From Rhodothermales bacterium (GTDB taxonomy: Bacteria; Bacteroidota; Rhodothermia; Rhodothermales; JANQRZ01), in NCBI GenBank assembly GCA_965215165.1, contig CBDCCX010000006.1:174831-238830 (forward strand): a DNA stretch of 64,000 nt. Direction: 5' to 3'. Made by a program: the position numbers and the translations under genes. Each line of letters begins with the position of its first letter. Position 1 is the first letter of the stretch. The notes under the pieces were generated by a model. The model worked only from the letters and a program-made list of their open reading frames with translations. It did not search any database and had not been told where the DNA came from. This document shows, one piece after another, positions 16,977 to 26,074 of the stretch.

Positions 16977-18095
16977 ATGAACGTCCTCGCCCTGGAGCCG
17001 TGGTACGGCGGCTCGCACCGCCGCTTCCTCGACGGGCTGGCCCGGCACAGCGAGCACGCGTTCCGGCTCGTCACGATGGAGAACCGCTACTGGAAGTGGC
17101 GGATGCAGGGCGGGGCCGTCACGCTCGCCGCCAAGGCGCGGGACATCGCCGAGGGGGGCTTCCGGCCGGACCTGCTCTTCGCCTCGTCGATGGTCAACCT
17201 GCCGGCCTTCCTCGCGCTCACGCGCGACCTGTTCGCTGCGGTGCCGGCGGTGCTCTACTTCCACGAGAACCAGCTCACCTATCCCCTCCGGGAGAAGGAG
17301 CCGCGCGACTTCACCTACGCCTACGTCAACTACCTCTCGGCCCTCGCCGCCGACCGGGTCGTCTTCAACTCGGCGTTCCACCGCGCCGAGTTCTTCGAGG
17401 CGCTGCCCGAGCTGCTGCGCCGCTTCCCGGACTACACCCACCTCCGCACCGCGCAGCGCCTCCGCGACAAGAGCACCGTCCTCCACCTCGGGCTCGACCT
17501 CGACGCGCTCGACGAATACGCCGGGGACGAGCGCGACGATGGCCCGCCCATCGTCCTGTGGAACCAGCGCTGGGAGCACGACAAAAACCCCGAGGCGTTC
17601 TTCCGCACGATGAACCGGCTCGACGATGCCGGGTGCGCCTTCCGCCTGATCCTGGCCGGCGAGCGCTTCGAGGTGCAGCCGCCCGCCTTCGAGACCGCCT
17701 TCCGCCGCTACGCCGACCGGATTCTGCACTACGGCTACGCCGAGGACCTGGCCGAGTACGCCAGCCTGCTGCACCGCGCCGACCTCGTCGTCTCGACGGC
17801 GCGGCACGAGTTCTTCGGCGTCGCCATGATGGAGGCGATTCGGTGCGGCTGCCACCCGCTGCTGCCGAACCGGCTGACGTATCCCGAGCTGATCCCCGAG
17901 GCGCTCCACCGCCCGCTGCTCCACGCGCCGGTGCTCTACGACGACGAAGACGACCTGTTCGACATCCTCCGCCGCCTCCTCACCGGCGAGGAGCGGACGC
18001 TCCCCGAGAGCGTGCTCGCCGAGGTGCCGGAGCCGTTCGCGTGGCCGGTGCAGGCGCGCGCCTACGACGCGCTCTTCGGGGCCGTGGCGGCATGA
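16977..18095 (+). CDS. DUF3524-containing GT4 glycosyltransferase (GTDC1-like, tRNA-queuosine mannosyltransferase family)
   Basis: MNVLALEPWYGGSHRRFLDGLARHSEH...RYWKWRMQGGA is the DUF3524 N-terminal signature. The C-terminus has a GT4-like EFFGVAMMEA block. Confidence 0.7.
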   Translation: MNVLALEPWYGGSHRRFLDGLARHSEHAFRLVTMENRYWKWRMQGGAVTLAAKARDIAEGGFRPDLLFASSMVNLPAFLALTRDLFAAVPAVLYFHENQLTYPLREKEPRDFTYAYVNYLSALAADRVVFNSAFHRAEFFEALPELLRRFPDYTHLRTAQRLRDKSTVLHLGLDLDALDEYAGDERDDGPPIVLWNQRWEHDKNPEAFFRTMNRLDDAGCAFRLILAGERFEVQPPAFETAFRRYADRILHYGYAEDLAEYASLLHRADLVVSTARHEFFGVAMMEAIRCGCHPLLPNRLTYPELIPEALHRPLLHAPVLYDDEDDLFDILRRLLTGEERTLPESVLAEVPEPFAWPVQARAYDALFGAVAA

Positions 18096-18173
18096 AAAAG
18101 CGGAGACCCACGCCGCCGGTGACGGCCGCGAGCCTCCGCTCGGGAGCGGTGGGGGACCGCTCGAGGGTTGCGC

Positions 18174-18938
18174 TCAGGCGGCCGTGCGCGTAGCGATCAG
18201 GTGGCCGCGCAGCGTGCGGAGCATCTTCGAGAGGATCTGCGAGATGCGGGCCTCGGTGAGGCCAAGCTGCCCGGCGATCTCGCGGAGCGTGAGGTCCTCG
18301 AAGTAGTAGAGCGACACGATGCGCTGCTCGCGCTCGGGGAACTCCTCGAGCAGGCGGGCGACGTGCCCGTAGAGCGAGAGACGCTCGTAGCGCTCGTGCT
18401 CCTCGTCCGGCGTCGGGTGAGCAATCGTGTCGAGCGGGGCGATGCCGCGGCCGCGCTCGCTGCTGTGCTCGGCGTGGAGCGACATCGTGAAGCGGCGCTG
18501 CGCGTCCGAGAGCAGGCCGTGGTAGTCACCGATGCTGAGGCCGAGGTGCTCGGCGACCTGGGCGGCGCGCGGCTCCGTCCCGAGGCTCTGCTGGAGCTGG
18601 TCGGCGGCGAGCTGCGCCTCGGCCACGCGGCGGCGGCGGTCCCGGCTCAGCAGGTCGATGGTGCGGAGGAAGTCGATGAACGAGCCGCGGATGCGGGCGT
18701 AGGCGAACGACGCGAACGAGGTCCCGCGCTCGGCGTCGTAGCTGTCGAGCGCCTGGAGCATCCCGAACATGCCAGCGTTGACGAGGTCCTCGCGCGTGGC
18801 GAGCGGGTGGTCCGGCAGCGCGATGCGCCGCGCCATCGAGCGGACGAGCGGGTAGGCCGCGACGGCGACAGCCTGGCGGTTGGCGGGGGACGGGTCGGCG
18901 GCGTGGCGGACGGCGGCGGGCTGTAGCTCGTAGGCCAT
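18174..18938 (-). CDS. FliA/WhiG-family (group 3) RNA polymerase sigma factor
   Basis: Start taken at ATG 18938. Region 2 reads DLVNAGMFGMLQALDSYDAERGTSFASFAYARIRGSFIDFLR. Region 4 HTH reads LTLREIAGQLGLTEARISQILSKML. Confidence 0.8.
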   Translation of the reverse strand: MAYELQPAAVRHAADPSPANRQAVAVAAYPLVRSMARRIALPDHPLATREDLVNAGMFGMLQALDSYDAERGTSFASFAYARIRGSFIDFLRTIDLLSRDRRRRVAEAQLAADQLQQSLGTEPRAAQVAEHLGLSIGDYHGLLSDAQRRFTMSLHAEHSSERGRGIAPLDTIAHPTPDEEHERYERLSLYGHVARLLEEFPEREQRIVSLYYFEDLTLREIAGQLGLTEARISQILSKMLRTLRGHLIATRTAA

Positions 18939-18994
18939 GAAGGGGTGGGCTGGTGCGCGGCGCGAGCCGGGCGAGGGCGAGAGGGGAGGGGGAG

Positions 18995-19225
18995 TCAGGC
19001 GTCGGGACCGGTGGACGGCGCGTCCGTCACGGGAGCCTGAGCCAGTTCGCTGGAGGCAGCGGGGTGGCCGAGAGCCCGGTCGAGGACGAGGAGCGCCACG
19101 GCCGCTGTCGCCGTGGCGAGGAGGCCCGCCACGAAAGCGTCGCCGAGCGACGGGAAGACGTGCAGGCGGCCGACGAAGAGCAGGATGCCGGCGAGGACGG
19201 CGTAGTGGCAGAGGAAGTCGCGCAT
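18995..19225 (-). CDS. Small two-helix membrane protein (hypothetical)
   Basis: 76 aa with two hydrophobic segments. Lies 56 bp upstream of the sigma-factor gene and in the same orientation. Confidence 0.35.
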   Translation of the reverse strand: MRDFLCHYAVLAGILLFVGRLHVFPSLGDAFVAGLLATATAAVALLVLDRALGHPAASSELAQAPVTDAPSTGPDA

Positions 19226-19452
19226 AGTCTCCGGGGTCTAAGGGCGCTCGGCGGGTGGCTGCTCGTCCCTTTGACAAGGAGGATGCCACGCCGCCGGGCC
19301 CCTCGCCCCGAAGGCGGCCTCGACCCCCAGTTCCGTCCGCTCACAGCGACCGGATGGAGTCCCCCTCGACCGGCTTAAACGGGCCGGAGAAACGCGCTAC
19401 GCCCGTTACCAAACGCCGAACCTGAACCGCGACGGCTACAGCGAAGGCCTAC

Positions 19453-19496
19453 GAAAAATCCCGGTGCTGCTCCTTCGCCCCCGGCTCGGCACCGGG
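19453..19496 (-). terminator. Rho-independent terminator downstream of the PLP-enzyme gene
   Basis: On the minus strand: CCCGGTGC...GCACCGGG 8-bp stem (19460-19467 / 19489-19496), followed by ATTTTTCG. Confidence 0.55.
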
Positions 19497-19589
19497 TCTC
19501 GGCCGGTTCCAATCGTAACCGGCCGGGTAGTTTTGGGGGGTGGTCTGCGGAATGGAAGGCGAACGGGGAGGGCTGGCTTCCGCGCCCTC

Positions 19590-20819
19590 CTACGTCACCG
19601 GCCCGGCTTCGGCGGGGGCTTCGTGGTCGAGGTAGCTCCGGCTGCTCATGCCTTCGGCGACATGCTCGAAGGCGCGGTCCACCTCGTCGGCCGTATTCCA
19701 GACGAAGGGCGCGAGGCGGAGATAGCGGCCCCGCCGGCTGTCGGTGTAGACCCCTCGGTCCTTGAGCCACGCGCAGAGCAGGTCGGCGCGCTCGGCCTCC
19801 AGGATCACCATCGCGCCCCGGCGCTCGGCCTCGCGCGGCGAGCGGAGCACGAGGCCGGCCGCCTCGGCGCGCTCGATGCAGCGGGCGGTGAGCGCGAGCG
19901 AATGCTCCCGCACCGTCTCGAGGCCGAGGCCGAGCAGCAGGCGGACGCCCTCGACGGCGTGGTAGAGCGAGGCCACAGCGGTCGTCCCGCCGAGGAAGCG
20001 GCGTCGGACCTCCGGGTTGGGCTGCGGCGAGACGTTGAACGCGAACGGGTCGGCGTCGGCGAACCAGCCGGCGAGGCGCGGGGTCAGCTCGAGGCCGGGG
20101 CGGACCCAGAGGTACGCGTTGCCTGCCGAGCCGCACGCCTCCTTGAGGAGCCCGCCGAAGTAGACGTCGCAGCCCAGCGTCGGCACGTCGACGGGCATCG
20201 TCGAAGCCGCGTGGTAGCCGTCGAGGGCGAAGAGCGCGCCGTGCGCGTGCGCCCGCTCGGCGACGGCGCGGAGGAAGTCGCGCTCGAGCCGCTCGCCGGT
20301 CGTGAAGCCGACGTGGCTGAGCACGACCATTGCCGTCGCCGGGCCAATCGTACCGAGCACGGCGTCGCGGTCGAGAAACCCATCCGGGCCGGCGGGGACG
20401 ATGCGCGCGTCGAGGTCGCGCAGGCCCTGCCACTGCTGGACCGAGTGGAGGACGGACGGGAACTCGCTCTCGGTCACGACCACCTCGCGGCCGTGCGCGA
20501 ACGGCTCGTCGCAGGAGAGGAGGCACTGCACGGTCCAGTGGACGTGCGGCTGCATGATGCAGCTCCCCGGCTCCGCGCCGAGGAGGGGAGCCACGAAGGC
20601 ATCGCCGAGGTAGGCCGGCAGCGTCCACCACCCGACGGCCTCGCCCGACGCCGGCCGCCACCGGTTGGGGACCTCGTTCCAGGCGTCAACGCCGCGCGTC
20701 CGCCAGTCCTCGGCGAAGCCGTCCATCATCGCCGGGACCGTCTTTGGCATCAGGCCGTGCGTGAAGGCGCGGAGCTCGATGGCGGGGGCGTCGGGCAGGA
20801 AGAAGGCGTCGCGGAGCAT
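19590..20819 (-). CDS. Class V aminotransferase-fold PLP enzyme, kynureninase-like
   Basis: 409 aa. ALDGYHAAS...CDVYFGGLLKEACGSAGNAYLWV resembles the PLP-lysine region of kynureninases and class V enzymes. Confidence 0.6.
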   Translation of the reverse strand: MLRDAFFLPDAPAIELRAFTHGLMPKTVPAMMDGFAEDWRTRGVDAWNEVPNRWRPASGEAVGWWTLPAYLGDAFVAPLLGAEPGSCIMQPHVHWTVQCLLSCDEPFAHGREVVVTESEFPSVLHSVQQWQGLRDLDARIVPAGPDGFLDRDAVLGTIGPATAMVVLSHVGFTTGERLERDFLRAVAERAHAHGALFALDGYHAASTMPVDVPTLGCDVYFGGLLKEACGSAGNAYLWVRPGLELTPRLAGWFADADPFAFNVSPQPNPEVRRRFLGGTTAVASLYHAVEGVRLLLGLGLETVREHSLALTARCIERAEAAGLVLRSPREAERRGAMVILEAERADLLCAWLKDRGVYTDSRRGRYLRLAPFVWNTADEVDRAFEHVAEGMSSRSYLDHEAPAEAGPVT

Positions 20820-20930
20820 CGGCGATTCGGGGGTGCGATTTCGAAGGGCGGACGGCAGAATCTACGAGCCGGACATAGAGAAGCCGCGTCGGGAATCCCG
20901 GCGCGGCCTCTCGGGCTCTAGCTCGTGGAG

Positions 20931-23900
20931 CTACCGGAGCAGCGTGAGCTTCTGCGTGAACACCTGCGCCGCACGGCCCGTCGGCGCGACCTCCGCCCGG
21001 ATCACGTACACCCCCGAGGCCAGTCGCGCCGTCCCGAAGCGCGCCTCGTGCCGACCGGCTTCGTGCAGCCCCTCGGCCAGCACTGCCACCGTACGGCCCA
21101 AGAGGTCATACACCGCGACCCGCACCTCGGCCGCCGCCGGCAGATCGAACGGCACCGTCGCGCCGCCCGCCGTCGGGTTTGGATAGGCGGGGTGCAGCGC
21201 CACCTCGACCGGTAGCGCCACCGTGCCGCTTGCAGACGTAGGTGCCGTACCGGCTGCCTTGCCGGCGATGCCTGAGCTCGCTTCGGTCTCCTCCGCCCGG
21301 CGCTCCTCAATCAGCGCGGCGATCAGCTCCAGTTCGGCCGCCTCGTCTTCGGGCACCAGAAGCGTTGCCTCGCCGACGAGCACGAGCGCGTCGGCGTAGC
21401 GGCTGCCCTGCTCGTGGAGCGCCACGGCGCTCAGCAGCAGCGACAAGCGGCCCTCCTCCACCGAGCCGTCGCCGTAGGCCGCCAGCAGTGCCTCGGCTAG
21501 GTCGTAGTCCTCGCGCAAGAGCGCTTCGGAGACCTCGGCCCCGAGCGCGGCCTCGGCGGTGTGGCGGAGCGCGTCGGCAGGGTCGGGCAGATCGAGGTTC
21601 TGGCGGAGCGCGGTGATGAGTGCCATCGTCTCGGCGTACTGGCCGAGGGCATCGTCGTGGTCGAGGCGTTGCAGCAGATACAGCTCCCTCGTCCACCCAG
21701 GGGCCTCGGGATCGTCGGGCGTCTGGCTGAGCGAGTCCCGGAGCGCGAGCAGATCGCCGAGTAGAAGGTCGAGGTCGACCTCTCCACGCCGTATCTCCAG
21801 TGGGCTAGCCGTCCGGCCCGCCAGGGCGCTCTCGTCGGGCGGAGAAGCCCCGAAAGGCGGTACTTCGAGAAAGGGCTCGGCGTACACGGTGTCAGCCCCG
21901 GCGAACGACCCCGGCGGCGGGCCGGTGAGGTCCCCCCACCACGTCTTCTGGGCTGGCACCGGGCTACCGCTGTTGTTGCGGATGAGCGTCGTGCCGCCAT
22001 CTGGCCCAGCCGTGATCTTGTTGTTGGCCGGAAGGTGGGCTACGTTGCTGTGGGTACCGACGAGGAGGTAGCTGCCGCTGAGCGCGCGGAGCTGATCGCG
22101 GCTGTTGCCGCTGACGGTGTTGAGCCCAGAGGCGAACACTTGGCTCATCCGGAGGTCGCCGTTGGCGTGGATCAGGATGCCGTCCTTGCTCGCCGGGTTG
22201 CCGGCGGTCGGGAAGCCGTTGCCGGAGACGGTGTTGCCAGTGAAGGGCCACACGTCGGCGTTCCAGACGACGACCCCGTAGCCGTCGTTGCCGCTGATGG
22301 TCGTGCCGGTGACCTCGGCGTCGGTGTTGCGGAGCACGAGGCCGTGGCCGGTGAGGGCATTTGCTTGGGGATCAGCGACCGAGCCGGTGATGGCCGAGTT
22401 CGAGAGCGTGAGGTGGCTGCGTACAGGGGAGCACGGGCCCTCCTGCTCGCAGGGATCGTAGTCGGTGACGATGCCGCGGGCGTTGCCGCTAAAGGTGACG
22501 TTGTCGAAGACGATGCCACGGGCGCGGACGAGCGCACCGGTGGTGCCGCCCCCGATAAAGGCGTTGCGCAGGGTAAGGCTGTCGCCTTCGAAGGCGACCT
22601 GGTCCCACGCCTCGGCCGGGTCGAGACGGTGCACAGTGACAGGAGCAAGGGTGTAGCCGCCGTTCCTGAAGACGAGCTGTGCGCCTGCACCAAGTGCGAA
22701 GGTGGTGTCGGCGAATGTTGTGAACTGAGGCGCTGCCGCGCTTGGCTCGAAGACGAGCCGCGCCGAGGCCCCAAGCGTTGTCTGGCCCCATGTCGAATAA
22801 CGGCTCCCCCCATCGAAGCGAGCCGTGGTGCCGACTCCTAGTGCAAGTCTACCCCCGTTGCCCACGACGACTGCGGAGCTGTCGGAGACGGTGATGTCGC
22901 CGGCGACGAGAAGCGATGGGGGGTCCAGGTGAGAAGCATCATTGGTGACGTGCTCATCTGGACTGGGGGGTACGAAAACCACCTGCTGCCCCAGGAGTAA
23001 GCGACTGTGCCCCGAGACGGTAAGGTTACCGCTGAGAGCGAGAGGCTGCTCGGAGCGGCGGATGTCGAAGACACTTTCGCCCTCGATAACCACGTCGGTG
23101 ACGCCGCTGAGGTCCGTCCCGCCGGCGGTGACGAACTGCGCGCCGTTCAGGAGGGTGACGACGCCGGTGACGGTGACGTCCGCAGTGGGGAGAATGTAGA
23201 TGGCCTCGCCCGAGAACGTGGGGTTGGTGTAGGTGACGGGGCCCGAGCGCTCGTCGATCACCGTCGGCACGTTCTGACCAAGCTCACGCCTGATGCCATC
23301 CCGGATCTCCAGAATCTTTTGTCTCTGGCCTGGTGAGAACTCGGTCCTACAGCTTATGCTCGTATAGTTCATGTGGTTGAAGACGGGGTCCGGATAGCCT
23401 AGGTCGTTGTCGCAGGTGTCGTGCATGGGGTCTGTAGGACAGGTAAGAAAAACGATCTCCTGTCTTCCTGTATCCAAGATTCCATCGTCCTCCTCGCAGC
23501 TAGCGCCTCCTGGGAAGGTAGTCCCCCAGGTATGGCGCAGGTCCAGGTAGTGCCCCGTCTCGTGAACGGTGTTCTTCGCGAAGGAGGTGCCAATGTAGAA
23601 GTTCGATAGCCAGAAACCATCTTGGGGCGTACCCACGATGTGGGGTGGAGCTAACAGCGCCCCCCCATACACACCATCCTGAGCGTCACCCACATACACG
23701 TTCATCACGTGGCGCGGATCGACGTTCAACGTGGAGCTTATTTCGGATAGCCATCTGTCATCCATCTGGTCATACCACTGTTCGTTTTCGATGCGTGCTA
23801 TGCCAAGCAGCGAGAACGAGAGGCCGGTATCGGCGAACTCTTCGTTGAGCACATCGACCTGGGTTTCGATCTGCGAGCTAGGAATGTTGCCTACTTCGAC

Positions 23901-24128
23901 TCCAGGGGAAAGTGGGTCTTTTTTCCAGACGAGATGGAAGATGACGGGGATGGGAGTGCCCGTGATCAGCGTATCAGGTCGAAAGCCGGAGGGGACCGGC
24001 GCTGCGGGTCCCGTGTCCGGGGTACTGCACCAGTGGCCTTCTTGGGCGAACGCCTCTGGGCTGGCAGCGAAGAGGAGAACCGAGAGCGAAGCGCATAGAA
24101 GCGCCACGAACGATGAGAGATTTCGCAT
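20931..24128 (-). CDS. Large T9SS-secreted protein: M43 (pappalysin/cytophagalysin-like) zinc metalloprotease + right-handed beta-helix repeats + helical repeat region + Por C-terminal domain
   Basis: Start taken at ATG 24128, with signal peptide MRNLSSFVALLCASLSVLLFAASPEAFAQ. Zinc motif HETGHYLDLRHTW. Repeated NxxxxGN beta-helix turns. C-terminus HPAYPNPTAGGATVPFDL...LTLLR. Confidence 0.75.
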   Translation of the reverse strand: MRNLSSFVALLCASLSVLLFAASPEAFAQEGHWCSTPDTGPAAPVPSGFRPDTLITGTPIPVIFHLVWKKDPLSPGVEVGNIPSSQIETQVDVLNEEFADTGLSFSLLGIARIENEQWYDQMDDRWLSEISSTLNVDPRHVMNVYVGDAQDGVYGGALLAPPHIVGTPQDGFWLSNFYIGTSFAKNTVHETGHYLDLRHTWGTTFPGGASCEEDDGILDTGRQEIVFLTCPTDPMHDTCDNDLGYPDPVFNHMNYTSISCRTEFSPGQRQKILEIRDGIRRELGQNVPTVIDERSGPVTYTNPTFSGEAIYILPTADVTVTGVVTLLNGAQFVTAGGTDLSGVTDVVIEGESVFDIRRSEQPLALSGNLTVSGHSRLLLGQQVVFVPPSPDEHVTNDASHLDPPSLLVAGDITVSDSSAVVVGNGGRLALGVGTTARFDGGSRYSTWGQTTLGASARLVFEPSAAAPQFTTFADTTFALGAGAQLVFRNGGYTLAPVTVHRLDPAEAWDQVAFEGDSLTLRNAFIGGGTTGALVRARGIVFDNVTFSGNARGIVTDYDPCEQEGPCSPVRSHLTLSNSAITGSVADPQANALTGHGLVLRNTDAEVTGTTISGNDGYGVVVWNADVWPFTGNTVSGNGFPTAGNPASKDGILIHANGDLRMSQVFASGLNTVSGNSRDQLRALSGSYLLVGTHSNVAHLPANNKITAGPDGGTTLIRNNSGSPVPAQKTWWGDLTGPPPGSFAGADTVYAEPFLEVPPFGASPPDESALAGRTASPLEIRRGEVDLDLLLGDLLALRDSLSQTPDDPEAPGWTRELYLLQRLDHDDALGQYAETMALITALRQNLDLPDPADALRHTAEAALGAEVSEALLREDYDLAEALLAAYGDGSVEEGRLSLLLSAVALHEQGSRYADALVLVGEATLLVPEDEAAELELIAALIEERRAEETEASSGIAGKAAGTAPTSASGTVALPVEVALHPAYPNPTAGGATVPFDLPAAAEVRVAVYDLLGRTVAVLAEGLHEAGRHEARFGTARLASGVYVIRAEVAPTGRAAQVFTQKLTLLR

Positions 24129-24168
24129 GATAGACCTCGTTGGGTTGGTGAGTACAGGTGAAGAGCGA

Positions 24169-26028
24169 TTAGCGGACGACGACGAGGCGACGAGTGAGCG
24201 TGCTGGTCTGAGTGCGGAGGCGGAGGACGTAGACCCCCGCCGGCAGCGCCGCCGTCGCCAGACGCAGCGTGTGGTGGCCTGCCGCCAGAGGGCCATCGTG
24301 GAGCACCGCCACCCGACGGCCGAGCGCGTCGAAGAGCGCTACCTCGACTGGCTGCGACTGACCGAGCGTGACCGACACCGCGACTGGGCCGGACGCAGGG
24401 TTGGGGTAGACGGCGAGCGCTGCGCTCGCGCCCGATGGCTCCGCTTCGGCGGCGACCGTGACGGCACCCTCATAAGCCCCGAGGTCCACCGACGGCCCCA
24501 CCACGCGCGCCTCGTCGTCCAGGTCCACGGGCAACGCCTCGGCCGTGTCACCGTCCGAGTCGAGGTCGAAGGTGTCCGGTGGGAGGAAGCTGGTCAGGCC
24601 GAAGTCGAGCGCGGGGGAGGACTCTTGGAGGCGGAGGTCGCCGTAGTCGTCGTCGGCCGTGCCCCAGGTGCCGTCGGGGCCGGGGTCCGGAGGGCGCACG
24701 AACAGCGGGTCGGTGTCGAGGATCGACTCGCAAGTAGCGGTGCCGGAGCCGTCGGGCGGGCAGCCGCCTCGGATGAGAGTATGCTGGAGCGTGGCGAACC
24801 CGCCCAGGGCTTCGACCTCCTGGCTGTTGTTCCAGAACAAAGCGTTGCGCACCGTGGCTGAGGCACCACTGGTGACGCCGAGCCCACCCCCCACCTCTGC
24901 CTCGTTCGAGACGAAGGTGACGTTCGTGAGGGTGCCCACCGTACCGTTTCCCACTCTGAGCGCCCCGTCGAAATCGTCGACGGTGTTGCCAACAAAAGCG
25001 GCGTTCGTCAGGTCGACGCTCGAAGCCGAAGCGGTCATCCCACCGCCACTGCTGAACTCATCCTCGGGATCGACGACGTTGCCGTAGAAGCCGACGTTAA
25101 CGAAGTCCGCGCTCGACAGTAGGATCGTCATCCCCCCCCCCCCGTCGAAGGCGAAGTTGCGCTCGACGGTCGCACCGACTATGATGAGCGAGGCGAGGTC
25201 GACGGTCAGCCCCCCACCAAAGGCTGCTGTATTCTCGACGAACTCGACTCCCCGGAGCGTCGCCGAGAGCGCACCGCGATCGACAGCCTCCACTGTCGCT
25301 ATCGCCTCGCCTGCCAACTCTACCTCTAGCCGTCGCCGCTCGGCCTCCGACCCCCGCTCCAGGTCGCCCAAGAGCCACAGCCCGCCCCCGATCCCGTTCA
25401 GACCGTTGCGCTCGAACGCCACGCGCTCGAACACCACCCGCCCCGAGGCCCCGAAGAACGCCCCGCCGCCGCCGCCGAACCCGTCGGTCTGCACCACCGC
25501 GTTCTCTACGATCCGGCAATCGCGCACCGTCAGGCTCGCATCGACGCCGTAGATGCCCGCACCCCGGTTCCGCGGGTTGCCCCCGTTGCCGTAGCCATCG
25601 GTGACGGTAAACCCGTCGAGCAGTGTGCCCTCGGTCACCCCGCTCGCGGTGACCACGTGGAAGGCGTTGTCGGTGCTGTCGCCGGGCACCCCGATGTCGC
25701 CGGACAGGACCGTGGGGTTCGCCTCGGGGTCGCGCTGCTCCAGTGTGGCCTCGCTCCCTGAGAAGCCGCCGTAGAGCGCGGTGCCGCTCACCAGCACGAA
25801 CGAAGCGTCGCGGTCGGCCGTGTCGGTGGGGAAGTAGGTGCTCTCAGCAACCCAGACCTCGTCGCCGGCTGCGGCCACGGCGAGGGCCTCTTGCAGATCG
25901 GGGAAGGCGTCGGCCCACGAGGTGCCGTCGCCTGAACCGCGCGCGTCGGCGTCAACGAAGAGAACCTGTTGAGCGAGAGCTGACGGAGCCGCCAGAAACA
26001 GGGCGATCAGGAGGGAGAGCAAACGCAT
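24169..26028 (-). CDS. T9SS-secreted right-handed beta-helix protein (paralogue 2)
   Basis: Start taken at ATG 26028, with signal peptide MRLLSLLIALFLAAPSALAQ. N-terminal block FVDADARGSGDGTSWADAF...DEVWVAESTY. C-terminal VYPNPASGPVAVSVTL...RRLVVVR. About 80% amino-acid identity by eye to 26075-27961. Confidence 0.75.
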   Translation of the reverse strand: MRLLSLLIALFLAAPSALAQQVLFVDADARGSGDGTSWADAFPDLQEALAVAAAGDEVWVAESTYFPTDTADRDASFVLVSGTALYGGFSGSEATLEQRDPEANPTVLSGDIGVPGDSTDNAFHVVTASGVTEGTLLDGFTVTDGYGNGGNPRNRGAGIYGVDASLTVRDCRIVENAVVQTDGFGGGGGAFFGASGRVVFERVAFERNGLNGIGGGLWLLGDLERGSEAERRRLEVELAGEAIATVEAVDRGALSATLRGVEFVENTAAFGGGLTVDLASLIIVGATVERNFAFDGGGGMTILLSSADFVNVGFYGNVVDPEDEFSSGGGMTASASSVDLTNAAFVGNTVDDFDGALRVGNGTVGTLTNVTFVSNEAEVGGGLGVTSGASATVRNALFWNNSQEVEALGGFATLQHTLIRGGCPPDGSGTATCESILDTDPLFVRPPDPGPDGTWGTADDDYGDLRLQESSPALDFGLTSFLPPDTFDLDSDGDTAEALPVDLDDEARVVGPSVDLGAYEGAVTVAAEAEPSGASAALAVYPNPASGPVAVSVTLGQSQPVEVALFDALGRRVAVLHDGPLAAGHHTLRLATAALPAGVYVLRLRTQTSTLTRRLVVVR

Positions 26029-26074
26029 GGCAGCATCTCGATAGGTGTCGAAGGAGAAGATAGCGGAGGAGAAG

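Noticed and set aside
19226-19452. About 225 bp of unexplained non-coding sequence upstream of the small ORF/sigma-factor pair; considered as an SRP RNA, RNase P RNA, tmRNA or 6S gene
   Set aside because: None of the conserved cores (the SRP GGAAGCAGCC-type motif, the RNase P GAGGAAAGUCC, or a tmRNA T-arm with ACCA) are present. The hairpins at 19460-19525 are adequately explained as a terminator for the PLP-enzyme gene. The region is left as a probable promoter or leader.
19375-20921. ORFs 19375-20661 (minus, alternate frame) and 19464-20921 (plus)
   Set aside because: They are shadows of the PLP-enzyme gene at 19590-20819 and have low-complexity Arg/Pro-rich sequence.
24129-24296. N-terminal extensions of the T9SS cargo genes (20931-24296, 24169-26235)
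   Set aside because: The extensions overlap the C-terminal domain of the upstream paralogue. Internal Met codons (24128, 26028) are followed immediately by canonical signal peptides.
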